A program made the translations under genes and the position numbers. Below, piece after piece: positions 27,100 to 40,183 of a stretch of DNA of 64,000 nucleotides (positions are counted from its first letter, which is position 1; each line of letters begins with the position of its first letter). The notes beneath the pieces were generated by a model. The model searched no databases. It saw nothing but the letters and a program-made list of their open reading frames with translations, and was not told where the DNA came from. The DNA is from Lama glama (Eukaryota): NCBI GenBank assembly GCA_028534125.1, contig CM052817.1:104100001-104164000 (forward strand). The letters run 5' to 3'.

Positions 27100-28720
27100 T
27101 TCATCATCATTATTTTTAAAATACTTCAATTTTGGTGTAAGTTATCCCTTCTAATGTCAAATTTTGTAAATAAGATTTTTAAAAACTTTGGGTGACAGAG
27201 ACTTTAACATTTTTGGTATTAATTTTTAGTTTTATCACATTGTGATGAGGAAATGTTTGTATTATTTCTGCTATGAGACTTAGTAAGGTTTTTTCAGTAC
27301 CTAATGTATGATCACACTGGTATGAAGAATGTGTGCCTTTTTGGGGAGGTGTGCAAAAATCCTCATTAGTTAACTCATTAATAAAATCCTTATTAATTAA
27401 AAAATAAATTATATATGTATTTGTAGCTTATAGATATATTTCACACTTGTGTGTTGGTCTGAGAGTCTTGTATTTTCTGTCAGTTTCTTCCTGAATCTGC
27501 TTGTTTATTTTGAAAGTGGGTGTGGCGATATTGCATTCAGATATTTATAACTTATAAATTCACTGTGATTTTTGGTCTTTAGCATTACAAAATGTCGTTC
27601 GTTGCCTGTTCTTTAGTGTTCTGGGATCTGAATTTTACTTGCTATGTCAGAATTAAAAGCTAACTGCATTTGACTGTCATTTTATTTGATTAGCACCTTT
27701 GCACATCCTTTTTTACATTTTGCTTTTATGAATCAATTTTGTTCAGCTGTGGCTTTTGTTTCCAAAATAAAATTGAATTTTGTGTTTAAGAAAAACTATA
27801 AAGGTGAATTAAGCATGTTTCCGTTTATTCATATTTTATATTTGTATTTTTTAATTTTTCACTTGATTTATATCTTTGTTCTAGTGATTTTATTTGTTCT
27901 AAGACTTTACAATGCTCTCACTACTTTTCCTCACTTACCTTCCTTCTATTTGGCTTGTCAGCACTAATATTAAATAATGTCTATTAATTACCACTTCGTA
28001 TGCAATAATTATCTTAGTATTTTTCTTTTCTCCTCCTCTTCCCATTTTTCAGTTGAATTATTTCTACTCTATATATGTTATAACCTTTCCTTATGATTCT
28101 TCCACAAATATACCAACCTACCTTTTTGCCTAGGTTCACAAATAAATTCTATCTATGAGGCTCATCATTGGTTGCTTTTCTTAAATCATAATTTCCCTAA
28201 TTGTCTCTTCATTAGCTGAGGTTCCTTCTACCTAAGGACAGGCTCATAAGCATAATATCCCCTGTGTTCTTGCAAGTTTAGTATTGTTTTCCCAGGCTTT
28301 GATGCTTAAACTGAACTTGGCTATCTGCAACATTATCATCTCACACCTCTCATTACTTCATTGATAATGTTTTGCCAATGTTTTCTTACTTTATATGCTT
28401 ACGTCAAGAAGTCTGTGGTCAGCCAAATTTTCTTTTGCTTTTCAGTGAATCTTTTTTTTTTTTTTTTGCTATTTGCCCAGATATTTTTTCTTTATCTAAA
28501 AATATAATAATTTTACTAGGATATTTATTAATAAGTGTATGTCTTGGAACTGATTATTTTTTCCAAGTACAGGTTGACACTTTCAATACATAAAATTTTG
28601 CTTTTATTTCTGGAATGTTTTCTTCAATTATATTTAAAGTGTTTACTTCTAGCCTGTTATTTGATTTTTCTTCTTCGGTGACTCCAATTATGTATGTTTG
28701 AGATTCTTTGTCCCTGTTTA
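27100..28720 (-). mobile_element. Ancient L1M relic
   Basis: T-rich degenerate antisense L1 motifs (tgaagaatgtgtg, ggtgactccaattatgtatgttt). Confidence 0.5.
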
Positions 28721-29151
28721 TCCCTTTGCCTAAATCTTTTTCTATACTTAAAATTATGAACTCTGATGGGTGTTATCTGTGTTCCAGTAACACTGGGACT
28801 CCACCTCACTTACCTCACTTCTTGACCCTTAACCTACCTCTGCTTATGAATGGACCAGGAACTATCCATGTTGATTTCAAATTTACATGTTATTGAAAGT
28901 TTAATAACTGTCTCCTAATTATTCTGTAGAAGATGGGTGATTTTATTTTATATCTTTATTGATTTCTATTTTTTGTTAGAGGCAGAAAGAGTTTCAGATT
29001 CAGGCCACTGAAATTTTGTTATAGAAATCAAAATTCACAATTCAGTATTTAGACAGTTCCAATACTTATATGTTCCATATTGAATTTTCTAATATGTAAG
29101 GTTGGTATGTTTGACAGTATTTTGCACACAATGAGTTTCTAATAATTGCAG

Positions 29152-29225
29152 TTGTGGTGTTACATTTACATTTGGCAAAAGATACTGAAAATGTTCAGTA
29201 TATTCTGCAAAGACATATTTTTAAG
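29152..29225 (+). pseudogene. Relic exon
   Basis: aattgcAG acceptor and AAG|GTATTT donor. Stop-free VVLHLHLAKDTENVQYILQRHIFK; phase 0 end matches the exon at 30507. Confidence 0.6.
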
Positions 29226-29484
29226 GTATTTGGTAAGTTACTTCTGTACTATTTATAGCACTTCAGTGAATATCATGCAATATTTTGATGTACAACTTAA
29301 GATTTTTAATTCTGATATGATTTCTCATAAATATATAATATTACTATGTCTAGTCTATATATAAATTGGTCTAGTTAATATAGGTAAGTCTAGTCAATAT
29401 TAATTGAAGCATTACATAGCTTTTATTCATACTTATCATAGTTCACCAAATTGCATGCGTCATCTATAAACTTGCTATGCATAT

Positions 29485-29636
29485 TGTGTCCACAGACCAG
29501 TATTTTGAGCATTAATTTGGAACTTGTTAGAAATGCAGACTTTATAGGACAATTTAGACCTACTGGATAAGAATCTGCATTTTAAAAAGGTCCCTAGATG
29601 ATATATATGTCCATTAAAACAGGAAAAGCATTGACC
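29485..29636. mobile_element. MER5-like hAT-Charlie relic
   Basis: gaacttgttagaaatgcaga...agaatctgcatttt. Confidence 0.75.
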
Positions 29637-29979
29637 TAAAGTAATGAGAAAGCTATTATTTTTTAGTATTATAAAATATTCTCTTAAATTACGAATTATT
29701 CTGTTATGTAAAAGAGACATTGATTTGACATATTGACATAGACTTTGATTTTGGATAAAGGATGGACTAACAATGAGATTCATGACCAAATTAAGCCATC
29801 TTTTTAATTCTGGTATTTTCTACGTGGCCAAGATTAGTGTCAATGTCAAGAGATTCAGCATTTTTCATTTTTTGCTAATGGTTTTAAGGGAAACACACAC
29901 ACACACACTGAGTTTTTGCATTTTTCTCTTCTCTAAAACAGTACTGTCCTTTAGAACTTTCTTGAAATGCTTTCTATCT

Positions 29980-30315
29980 ACAGTGTTCATCGCAGTTAAC
30001 ACCAGCCACACATGGCTATTGAGTACTTGGAATTATTGAGAACTGGAAAATTTTAATTTGATTCAATTTCATTGCTTAAATTTAAAATTACATTTGACTA
30101 GTTGCTGCTGTATTAGCAAAACTCTAAAACAAACTGGCAAACTATGGCCTGCTTTGTATGGCTCATGAGCTAAGAATGTTTTGTTTAAATGTTTTTAAAC
30201 GATCGTAAACACACACATACAATATGCACCACAGCAGAGACTATGTATGGCCCACAAAGCCTGCAGTTTTTACTCTCTGGCACTTCACGATAAAAGGTTG
30301 CAGACTCCTGTTCTA
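29980..30315. mobile_element. MER3-like fragment followed by MER58-like hAT element
   Basis: agccacacatggctattgagtacttg; ggcaaactatggcc...tggcccacaaagcct...gactcctgttcta. Confidence 0.7.
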
Positions 30316-30506
30316 AAATGTTAATTTGACTTAGTGCAGCACATAGAATTAGGAAATAAATTCAAAAGCAGATATTTTGGAACGTAAACCATTGCCTAGC
30401 CTTGTCATCAAGAGATTTACTTTAAAAATTGCATGATAGCTTTCAGTTTTTAATGATATGAAGATATCAATTTAACTTTCCCATGGCACGTTTGTAATGT
30501 GTTCAG

Positions 30507-30627
30507 GTTTATGATTGACAAATTTTCAATAACATCCAAAATTTAATTGAAGCCAAGGAAAGTTGTAAAGATCTTCAACCTTACAAGACAAAATTCAGTG
30601 ATATCCAAAGCAATTTTTGCTGAATCA
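30507..30627 (+). pseudogene. Relic exon
   Basis: gtgttcAG acceptor and GTAAGT donor at 30628. VYD*QIFNNIQNLIEAKESCKDLQPYKTKFSDIQSNFC*I, both stops TGA. Confidence 0.65.
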
Positions 30628-30824
30628 GTAAGTATTCATGCTTACAGACTGGACAGCAAAATTAAAACTTTAGAATTCCTTAGAATTTTCTTTTAAGTAC
30701 CTTCTCCTAGAATCAAAATTTCCCTGAAATTTATTATGTTTTCTGTGTTCTTTGTGGCAGCTATGACATCTGCCTAGCCATCAGTTTCCCCATCTAAAGT
30801 TAGGAATTTTAAGAATCTACAAAA

Positions 30825-30967
30825 GGTGGGATATGTATAGCTCAAGTGGTAGAGCGCATGCTTAGCACACACAAGGTCCTGGGTTCAATCCCCAGTACCT
30901 CTATTAAAAAATTAAATATAATTACCTCCCCTCCATAAAAGAAAGAAAAAAAACAACAATAACAAAA
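30825..30967 (+). mobile_element. tRNA-Ala-derived SINE (Vic-1-like)
   Basis: tagctcaagtggtagagcgcatgcttagca...gggttcaatccccagtacct with A-rich tail; TSD aagaatcta(c/t)aaaa at 30811-30824 and 30968-30981. Confidence 0.92.
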
Positions 30968-31581
30968 AAGAATCTATAAAAACTGTACCTTGTTGTGCCT
31001 CCTGGAAAAATTTCTCAAAAATGTTTACATAAAAATAGTCAAATTCCAAATGATCAAATTCTCAGTAATTACACTTTTTGTACAAGCTTATATTATGAGT
31101 TGTATCCAACATAATTTGAGTAACATTTAGCATTTTCTTCAAAATGAATGATTCATTACTTCCGCAGTGAATCTAATTATTCAATTTTGTGTGTCATTCC
31201 CTAAATGACGTGTTGTATTACTTGATGCCAGTGTTAGTAGTCTGAATAAACATTCTTTCATAATATTACCAAGTTTTGCTCTTTGCCAAGTGCAGGAAAT
31301 TTCCATTATGGCTCTCATAAACTTTCTTGGATGACTTTTCTGTACACACTTGTCTTGGCAAAATCGAAATTATGTATATGATATGTTTAAGAACAGTCTC
31401 TTATTTTCATTTAGTGTCTGTTCTTTAACACAGATAGGTATTGATTTTTTCCGAATCAGACTTTAATTGTAAATCCCCAGCACTGTGATTACTATCCAGT
31501 TTACTGCATTCATGTTTACTCACTGCCTATCTTTGATTTTGCTCATTTGCTGAATCAAATATTGATTCAGAATTTTTATAG

Positions 31582-31874
31582 CTGCAGAAACTCAGTCTGC
31601 AAGATAGGAAGCAGGATGTTGTTAATGACAAATATCCCCAAACCTGAGCTATCTTTTGTAGAGTCAAACTTTCCTTCTGAGATGGATGATTTTCAGCAAG
31701 AGTAGCCCATTGATGAATTTTTAAAAATATGTCTACATTCTAGTATTTTATGGGAACACTTTTGGTTTGATGGATTTGTTTTTCAGGATTTTTTTTCTCT
31801 GCTAGTTTTCCTTGAAAGTTAATAGCCATTGTAGACATGGAAGTGGGAGATAATTTCATATCATTGTGCATCAG
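31582..31874 (+). pseudogene. Relic exon (another candidate at about 31190-31373)
   Basis: tttttatAG acceptor and CAG|GTATGA donor. Reads TNIPKPELSFVESNFPSEMDDFQQE*PIDEFLKICLHSSILWEHFWFDGFVFQDFFSLL. Confidence 0.65.
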
Positions 31875-32736
31875 GTATGACTCAGATTATATTCTGCTAA
31901 AATTAATAGCTCTCAGGCTCTCCCTCCGTTTTTTCTTGGTCATTCGATCTACATTCTTCAAAAATATTTTGATGTTCCAAATAATTTCCTTTTTTTATGT
32001 ACGATTTTCCATTTCTTGTTTTCTTATCTCAATGATTTTTATTCTAATAAAATAAACTTATTATGTTAGATTACATTTCAGTAATACAATTCTAATTATA
32101 AGAATTCTGATAATAATTCTTAGTGGATTGTATTTGAATAAATTTATTGTAATTTTTGTTGTATTTCTAATACTTAGGGAAAATAATAAGACATAACATA
32201 ATATAATATGATATGATATAATATATAACTTGTATTGGAAAGAAATAGCGAGTTTTAACACAGCATTTAATTTTTGTACTGACCAAATATTCACACTAAG
32301 AAATGTAGCAATTCTTGTGATTTAATGAGTGGATCATTATGCAGTAATGTCTAATTTAAGTCTAGTTAATATTTACTTTTGGATTATTAATGATTAATAG
32401 TACTTATGCAATGATTTGTATTATAATAATCACACTGTCTATATTTAAATAGGGAACTCAGTAATATCTTAATGTTGCGGTAAACAGATGGTGCAAACTA
32501 CAACAAAAAGGTATTAACTGTAGCCATTGCACCAACACTAACAAGACATTTTTAAATTGTACAAATATACATACATACAGCAGTACGTAGTTTATTTAGA
32601 TAAATAAGTAGGTAGATGAAATAGACCCAAAACAAAAGAGAATGATAGAAATGCTGATGGGTGTATCACAGTCACTTGTTTAGAAGCACAGATCATTATA
32701 AATGTTTTAAAGTCAACACAATTTTTTGATCATCAG

Positions 32737-32957
32737 ATCTTTAGTTTATCAAACTCATTTGTCCTCTGTAAATCCAAATGGAATGATGTATACAGGCACT
32801 TCTAACAGAACAATTTATCCCATTTACTGGAACTGTGTCATAATAAATATGCAAATCACCTACTTGAGATCAAACATTTATAGTAAAAATATAAAAATAA
32901 AAAATAAAAATACCTGAAATCAATAGTGCACCCTAGATATGCTATGCTCAAGCTGAG
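32737..32957 (+). pseudogene. Relic exon (3' end approximate)
   Basis: ttttttgatcatcAG acceptor. Reads IFSLSNSFVLCKSKWNDVYRHF*QNNLSHLLELCHNKYANHLLEIKHL. Confidence 0.5.
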
Positions 32958-33928
32958 GCACCAGTGCTGCCCTGCATTTTTAGTGCAACTATAATTTCAC
33001 CTTTAACTTACATTCTTCCTCTTTCCAAAAGCATCTGCAACAGTCACGGGGAGTGGTTTGAAAGATAAATCTCATGTCTACTCATTATGTACCATCTGTT
33101 GATTAAATCTTGACATCTCTCCACTTCTGCCTGGATGATTTATTTCAAGGATAAACTTATGTATGCAATTCTCTGTTCACTCAGTTCAGTCTCAGGATTA
33201 TCCTCAGGCACCTTACAAAGATATTTTTGACCCCCATCTCCCAAATGCCCAAATATCTAAGAACACCAGTGATGACCACAGTTTAGCCTCAAATCCTTTC
33301 CCCAAATCCATCTCTTTCTATAGCTTAGTTCTTTTCTCCCTTCCTCCCTCTTTCCCTTTCTTCTTCACTCCTTCCTTCCTTTCTTCCTTCTCTGTTTATT
33401 GTCTCTCATGCTATATTACACAAGAGGAAGTGAATGTTGGGCAGGTACATGTGAAGAAAGAAAATATCTAGTTTATTAAGCTTTCAAAAGCCAGCTGGAA
33501 AACCTAAAAGGATGAACATTAGAATGCATAATACTAATCTCACTCACACAATTAATGACAGCCTAACATTTGCACAATTTGCTAGGGTTTCTGTTTGTTC
33601 TCATGCAAATAGATCCATTGATATTTCACCATACTTTGTATTTGGAACTCAGATTGTAATATCTAAATTCCACTTAAATCGCATAATCTCTAAAAATGAA
33701 ATCCTTCAAAATATGAAAATGTTTCAAGTTATTCAATTTAATTTAAATGTAACTGAAGTCAGCCACAGTTAAAACTGATGTCACTTGTTGAACTATTCTG
33801 GGCCAAAGGATATGATTCTTTAATTTGTAAAGAAGTCATTACAACTGTTGATGGATATTTGATTGCTAATATTCTACTCATTTTAGGGTATTTAAAAATG
33901 CACAATTTATTTTAAAAATTAGTGGAAG

Positions 33929-34409
33929 TGTTACTGATCAGGGTTCTCAGACTCCTTAATCAATGGAAATTGATAAGAGGCTAGAAGAGAAATTCTGGCA
34001 AGGCTTTACTGGGACTTGTGCTGCAGCACAAGGGAATGAAAACAATTAACAGGTGCTCTTGCTCACTTCCTGATCAGGGGATGAGCTGGTCCCTTAAACA
34101 GACTGAGGGTAGGGGCGGGTCCAGGGGTTGGGCAGAGGGATGGCTTAGGTGATCTGCCCAACCCCGTGTTGGTGCTGTGTTCAGGATTCATGCTCATACC
34201 CTAATTTTGCTCCTGGCATCTTAGAAGTGGCAGTTGGGTTTTTGATCTTTTTGTATCTTATTCACAATTGGCTCTATCTGCATGTGAACCCAGTTATTTT
34301 TAGTGCCTTATGATTTCTTTATATCCTATTGCTTGAGGAGATGTTTGTCCAGGTGCAAGCACTGCAGCACAGGTCCCAGGTCCCAGGTCCCAGGTCCCAG
34401 CCTGTCTCA
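33929..34409 (-). mobile_element. Solo LTR, ERV1-type
   Basis: TG...CA termini, 4-bp flanks gaag/aaag, GC-elevated, AGTAAA signal on the minus strand, (ggtccca)x4 near the right end. Confidence 0.8.
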
Positions 34410-34642
34410 AAAGTAGCTATAGTAACAATGACCTATTTTTAGAATCACATCAAAAATATTTAAAAGTTGATATAAATTCTCATAGGTCTATCTAGTGTGG
34501 TGTTCTCTTATGAAGACATTTTTGTCATTGTTATTTCTCTAATTTTTCTGACAGTCTGTTCATTGTACATAGTTTGAATTTCTTTTTTCTACCATGTATG
34601 GTTACCATGTGTTTCCAGTGGCAGTGGTTATTAATTCTACAG

Positions 34643-35520
34643 GCAGGCTTATTTTAGATAATTATTATGCACCCTCTGCTTGCACTTCTCCCTGCACAGT
34701 GGTTCTATACATAGATACAACTCTGATATGAAAATGTCATATTTTATCTCCCAATTACAATGTTCCTCTATACACTCCTGGAAAAATGAACAACAGTAAA
34801 CTCTATCACTCCAGTTTGTTAAAATTCCATCTTGTGATCTTCCTTCACATAAAAAGAAAGAATATGGAGAGATTTTAAGAGATGGGTGCCAGCTCACTGT
34901 GTGGACAACTGGCATTCTTAGCCCTTGTGGCCGAACACAGGCAATTCAGTATTGTAGTCATCTCTGCCTTCTACTGGAGCGGATCCTGAACCAAATAAGT
35001 GGTGGAATAGTTAGTGCCGTTTCCTTCCTGGGGATGTAAGAGGCAGTGAAGCCCATGGCTGGTGAATAGTCCTTCTTGATGTGCTGCTTAGAATTTATAA
35101 GGCTCCAAAAGTGAACCCGTTGCTTAGCTTTACATAATGTTCTCTTGTTTATCCTCCAAGTGCTTCATCTTTTCATTCATACTCATTATGTTTAAAACAT
35201 TCTGTCAGTTTCCAACTATCTTTATGAAACAGCGGCATCAAACTGGGGCCAGACATTCGAGTTTGAGTTTGTCCTCTGTCTTTGGGGCTATTGCTGAGTT
35301 TCCTAGCTGTTCATCAGCACATAAATGGCATAAACAACCTTTTTTTAATGTCTTATCCCAGAAAAGATCACTTGGAACTTTTTTGATTAGAAAATAAGAC
35401 TTCAGTTGACTCATTCTTAACATACTCAGACATTTTGGAACGCTATAGAAATTGATATGAATCCTTTCACATGATCTGTATATTGGCACAAATGACATTT
35501 GGAACATTCTCTATTATATT
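34643..35520 (+). pseudogene. Large relic exon (3' end approximate, several frameshifts)
   Basis: ttaattctacAG acceptor. Contains EYGEILRDGCQLTVWTTGILSPCGRTQAIQYCSHLCLLLERILNQISGGIVSAVSFLGM. Confidence 0.55.
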
Positions 35521-35646
35521 ATAAAGACAATTTAGATAGTTCCACAATTTGTACAAGATTTTGGGGATATTTCCATTACACAAACTTAGTTTCCTTAAAG
35601 TTTTTTTTTTTTTAAGTGCAGCCTTAATTTTAATTTTCCTTTTCAG

Positions 35647-35723
35647 GAAATGTACCCGAGAAGAGTCCTAAGAGAATTTTCTCAGTTGTCCTGCTGTGAT
35701 TAAACAAGCCACTGCTGTATTTC
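35647..35723 (+). pseudogene. Relic exon
   Basis: Strong ttttccttttcAG acceptor and GTAAGT donor at 35724. KCTREES*ENFLSCPAVIKQATAVF; phase 1 end matches the exon at 35849. Confidence 0.7.
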
Positions 35724-35848
35724 GTAAGTTCATTTATTTTTACCTTAATAAAGAAGAGTTTCTGTTGCAGAAAACCACTTTTTTCATTTAGAATTAGAGT
35801 TGAATTTTGATCTAAAGTAAGACTTAATTGATTTTATTTTTTTTCAAG

Positions 35849-36261
35849 GTTTCTTTTACCTAAATTTTATTCAGTTTCAATGAACAGTGGAAAGCATTTC
35901 TTTGTTGGATGACCTCTGCTTCATTGTATCTTTTAACCGATATTTTAATGACTTGTGATAAGAACTTTATCAGTTGGTGAGCTGATTTAAAAGGGCAGTG
36001 CTGTCAGTAATACCAGTTTGGTCTGGGCGAACATATTGGTAAAGTCCTCCATTTCACTGAGCAAATATATTCAATTTTACCTATAATGGCTACCTCTTGT
36101 GGCCTCAGGAATGTCACTGAATACTGACTATTTTGGGGAAACATACTGATTTTTTCTTGTTACTAATACTGAGATTTCACATGCAAGGGTTATTGGTCAT
36201 GATGCGATGGCTACCACATGAGTGTGATGTACTTAATCAGTCTAACATCATGTGATACAAG
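35849..36261 (+). pseudogene. Relic exon (3' end approximate)
   Basis: ttttttttcaAG acceptor. Reads FFYLNFIQFQ*TVESISLLDDLCFIVSFNRYFNDL**ELYQLVS*FKRAVLSVIPVWSGRTYW, stops mostly TGA. Confidence 0.65.
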
Positions 36262-36576
36262 GCAAACAGACAGCAAGTACTGTGGAGATTCATGAGTGAC
36301 CTTAAATTCACTGTTTCCTGAGCCTTCAAATCTACAATGCTTCTGATTATCTCAAAGTTGAGAATTTGGCTATTTCAGTTTCTAAAACACAGAATAAAGC
36401 AAAGCAATTTCTCCCTCTTTCACAAGCTGCCTTCTAATGCTGACACAAAATCATCCCTTTGCCTCTGGTTACTTCTCTATGACTGACCCAGGGGATTGAG
36501 AGAATGGAATACATCTCATGTATTTTGATGTTTGCATCTTTTCTTTCCTTTTTTCCCCCAATTTGTATTCAAGTAG

Positions 36577-37535
36577 ACTATTTCCACTAAACAAGAATTT
36601 TCCCCCAGAATAAATGGATGGAGGAGGGGTCATCTGTATGAAAAGATGGAACCAGACACAGTAGCCGTTCCAAGCACTCATCAGAGGGGGTTTTGTTGCC
36701 CCGGTATAATTGATGCTGAGTATGGTAATGTGAAGAATATACTCAAAAATTAGAATAGATTTTAGAAGCATATGTAGTAATCTGGAGGGCAAACATCAGT
36801 CAAAAAGATCTTGAAATTGGTGGGGAATCACTTATAAAACAGGAGGGGAATTTTGTAATGATAATCATTAGCATAGCTGATAACAAAACATAAGGAGTAT
36901 ATAGAAGATTAACAAAAATGTTTCACCTTAAATTTAAACTATGACACAGCAATCCCATGTATTTTCAAGTCCCATCCATTTACATTATTATTTTTCTCAA
37001 TGAAAACCAAGTAATTGTTCCCCTAAAACAATGTATTTAATAAAAATGGTCAATTCTCTATTTTTTATTAAAGATTTCTCTATGCATACATCTTAAATTC
37101 CAATTTTTTTATCATTGAGTAGCAACAGCAGTTAAATGAGCCTATGCAATTTTATGTGAATAGGAAACATATGTTGAGTATCTAGTATGTATCAAACCCT
37201 AAACATGAAAAATGGCAAAGAAATTGTGTTGAATGTGACCTATGCGGTCTCACCAGTGGTGAATGTACATTTTCTATCAGGATTTCGCAGACGTTCTGTT
37301 CCCCTATCATTACCTCAATCCCTACACATCTAAGAAATCCAAGTTGGGAACTATGGAGATATTATTAGGACTTAGATTAATAGGAGTAATAAGAAGGATT
37401 TTTAAGAGGCAGGGACAAATGCATTCTTGGCTTGATCACGGTTTTCTTAATTACTCTGAGCACTTGTGGTCGGTTCAGCTACTGAAGAATCTGGAATGTA
37501 CAAGGGAGAAATAAAAATCTCGATTAAATATTCTC
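36577..37535 (+). pseudogene. Two relic exons (about 36577-36930 and 37281-37535)
   Basis: Pyrimidine-tract acceptors at about 36573-36576 and 37279-37280. Read EFSPRINGWRRGHLYEKMEPDTVAVP...IIDAEYGNV and a 77-codon open frame DFADVLFPYHYLNPY... Confidence 0.5.
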
Positions 37536-37922
37536 AGTAGTAGTGTCTGTGATAAAAATTTTAGGGAAGTAGAATAATTCCATTTGGAAAAGAAAACATA
37601 GTGAATAACTGAATGTTATTCTTCATTTATAAAAATACATCTTAGGAAAAAAACAACCAATTCTTTATTTTGTAGTGATAAAAAAATGGAAAGTACAGGC
37701 AACCCAGACTATTAACAGTGTAGATTTCTATGCTGAGAGAATTTCTAAGCGCTAGAATAATTACAGATGCAACTTTGAAAATCCCTTGTTTTGAAAGGCT
37801 GTTAAAGCAACACAGATCCTATCTTGCAGACACTGAGAGAAAAAATATTAATCCAACATGAAAATGTCCAAACCTAAGATTATATGACCATAAATTAGTT
37901 GCTGCTTTACCTTCTGTAATAG

Positions 37923-38262
37923 GTCATTAGCTTCAATCAATATTCGCGTTGCTGTTCTGAGACTGGACAGAGGAGGAAGCTAAGTGGTTTAGTAACGTAT
38001 CTCCTGCTTGGCTATGGTCCCAGCTGAATAGCTGTCTAGTCTCTAATGGAGAGTTAGTACAGTTTTCTCTAAGGGTATGAAGGATGATCAAAGTGGACCT
38101 TCTGCCTTTGGAATGAGAACTTCCCTGAGAGCCCTACTAATTTCATCTGGCTGGAATTCATCTAAACAGATGTTTTAATGAGCATGTTAAAAAAAAAAAT
38201 CAGAGCGATCTTTTTGCTGTCCTTTATTGCTTTTCCCTTAAGAGAGGATTATACTTCATAAG
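37923..38262 (+). pseudogene. Relic exon
   Basis: ccttctgtaatAG acceptor and AAG|GTAATA donor. Reads SIFALLF*DWTEEEAKWFSNVSPAWLWSQLNSCL...DLFAVLYCFSLKRGLYFI in one frame. Confidence 0.65.
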
Positions 38263-39290
38263 GTAATATCTTTCAATAGAGGCTCCTTTTCTAATGTTTT
38301 AGATAATGAATGATTCTAGCTTAGAAATAACTCAATCTTCTGGCTTATAATGCTAGTTATTGTAGAGACTTTCTGTATAGACTCAGGAGAGATGAAATCA
38401 GCATTATGTTTTTTGCAAGTTTTTTTTTTGTTGTTGTTAATTTAAGGAATTCAATCAAATGAATGTCTGTGACAAGAACTGTGGGAAATAAAGAAAAAGT
38501 GCAAAATCTGACCACTGCTTCCAAATTTCTACAGTCTCATGGCAGAAAAAAAAAATCAATGAGCTAAAAAAATAAATGGATTAAATTCAGTAAAAAAAAT
38601 GCAGACTGTATTATAAAAGTCTCTGACCCCACAACAGCTTACGTCTATCCTTTGTATGCCGTGTGCATGTTCAAAGAGATGTAGGAAAAAACAGTGAATG
38701 AATGAATAAATGAATGAAGTGCTTCAGTTACTCAGAGAATCAGGATAATTAAATTTGAAAAGTGAAATACAGGAAAAACCTAGGAATTCCTAGTAAAGGA
38801 CTCATGTCACAGATAGGAGACAGTAAAAACAGACTTGGCTTAAAAGTTTACTTAGGATATGATGATAGATTCAGCTTTAAAAGTCTTAGAAAGAGAATTT
38901 TACAAAATGAGTAGCGGAAGGCAAAGCTATGTAGGTAAGATTGGTTTAAACCATGAAAGGTCTTCATTCCATGCTGGGCAGCCTATCATTTGTTCAGTGG
39001 GAGAGTCATTTCCATGAAATCCTCATCTAACAATTCCTGAATAATTGATATGGGGGGAAAGGGTAAGAAAAATCAAATACCATGACATACTTCTAACTCT
39101 GAATAAGTGGAAAAAATGTGCTATGAATGAAAATATGAAAATTAAGAGTTTTAGGAGAAGAAAGCAGTTTGTATGGTTGAGGCAGACAGTGAAATCTTCC
39201 AATATTTGAAACGTCCTCATCTTATTTTCCAAGTGTGTCTTATCTCAACTTCTATTTTTATCTTAACCCCATTCTTTTTTTGTTTTTAAC

Positions 39291-39959
39291 GTTATTGGCA
39301 TTTTTGAGAGTGAAACAAACGGGTCGTTTGTGTTCATTTCCACTTTATACTGTCACTACACTGCTAGTCTATCTAAAAGTGAATTTATAAGTGAATAAAC
39401 TTAAGAGCTTGAAATGGTGAAGGAAATGTTCATTAATTTTGGAGCAATTTTGACTCCCAAAAAGTCCAAAGTTCAGGAGTCAGTGTTTGCTTCATTAAAG
39501 ACATCAAATGGTTTGTTTTATAACCAGGGACATTTTGCATAAACAAAATGGATTTGATTATTTCACTGACAAAGATTCTTCTTACTTTCCTAAAAGACAG
39601 AGACACTCGGTCAGAAAGATGCAACTGTGAAGTGGAGGTCCAGCCATTTCCTGTGTTGATTTGCTAATTTACTAATCGGCATCTATTTATAATGTGGCCA
39701 GAAATAACTTAGATATTCTCCAAGGAAGACAGAACTATATTTGCTCTGAAGTTTTAAAAGAGTATATAGCTATTTAAGCAACATTTGTAAAATTATACAT
39801 GGGATATATGAACGAGAGTAGTTCAGATGGCATTCACACCCCTAAAGGAAGTTGACATAAAAGAATGAAAAGCAACCTAATATTTCCCTAAACGTCAGTG
39901 AAGAATAATTTAGAATAAAAATACTTAATAGTAACTTCTCAAGAGGATTATTAAGATGA
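39291..39959 (+). pseudogene. Large relic exon (acceptor AG apparently lost)
   Basis: Pyrimidine tract ending tttttaac, GTGAGA donor at 39960. Reads VIGIFESETNGSFVFIS...ELEMVKEMFINFGAILTPKK, frameshift, then NGFDYFTDKDSSYF...GGPAISCVDLLIY*SASIYNVARNNLDILQG. Confidence 0.65.
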
Positions 39960-40183
39960 GTGAGAATTGTCCACATGGACTCTTTTGGAGCCTCTGTGAC
40001 CAGTTTACACTAACTTTTATTATTTTATTATTAATTACATAATAATTCTATTATTAGAATTAATCATGATTATTTCAGCAATACAATTTCCAAGAATCTG
40101 CTTTTAATCTGTTTTTACCGTTTTGTTTTTAACATCTATCATAAGATATTTTTAACATTGTTCGGTATTTTCTAATCTAAAAG

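Noticed and set aside
30825..30902. tRNA-Ala gene
   Set aside because: Stems are degenerate, there is an A-rich tail and TSD, and two related copies occur in the window; it is a SINE.
31640..31800. RGS-domain-like pattern (EFLK...HFWFD...FQDF) suggesting an RGS22/RGSL1 relative
   Set aside because: A single weak motif with no support from the other exons; not enough to name the gene.
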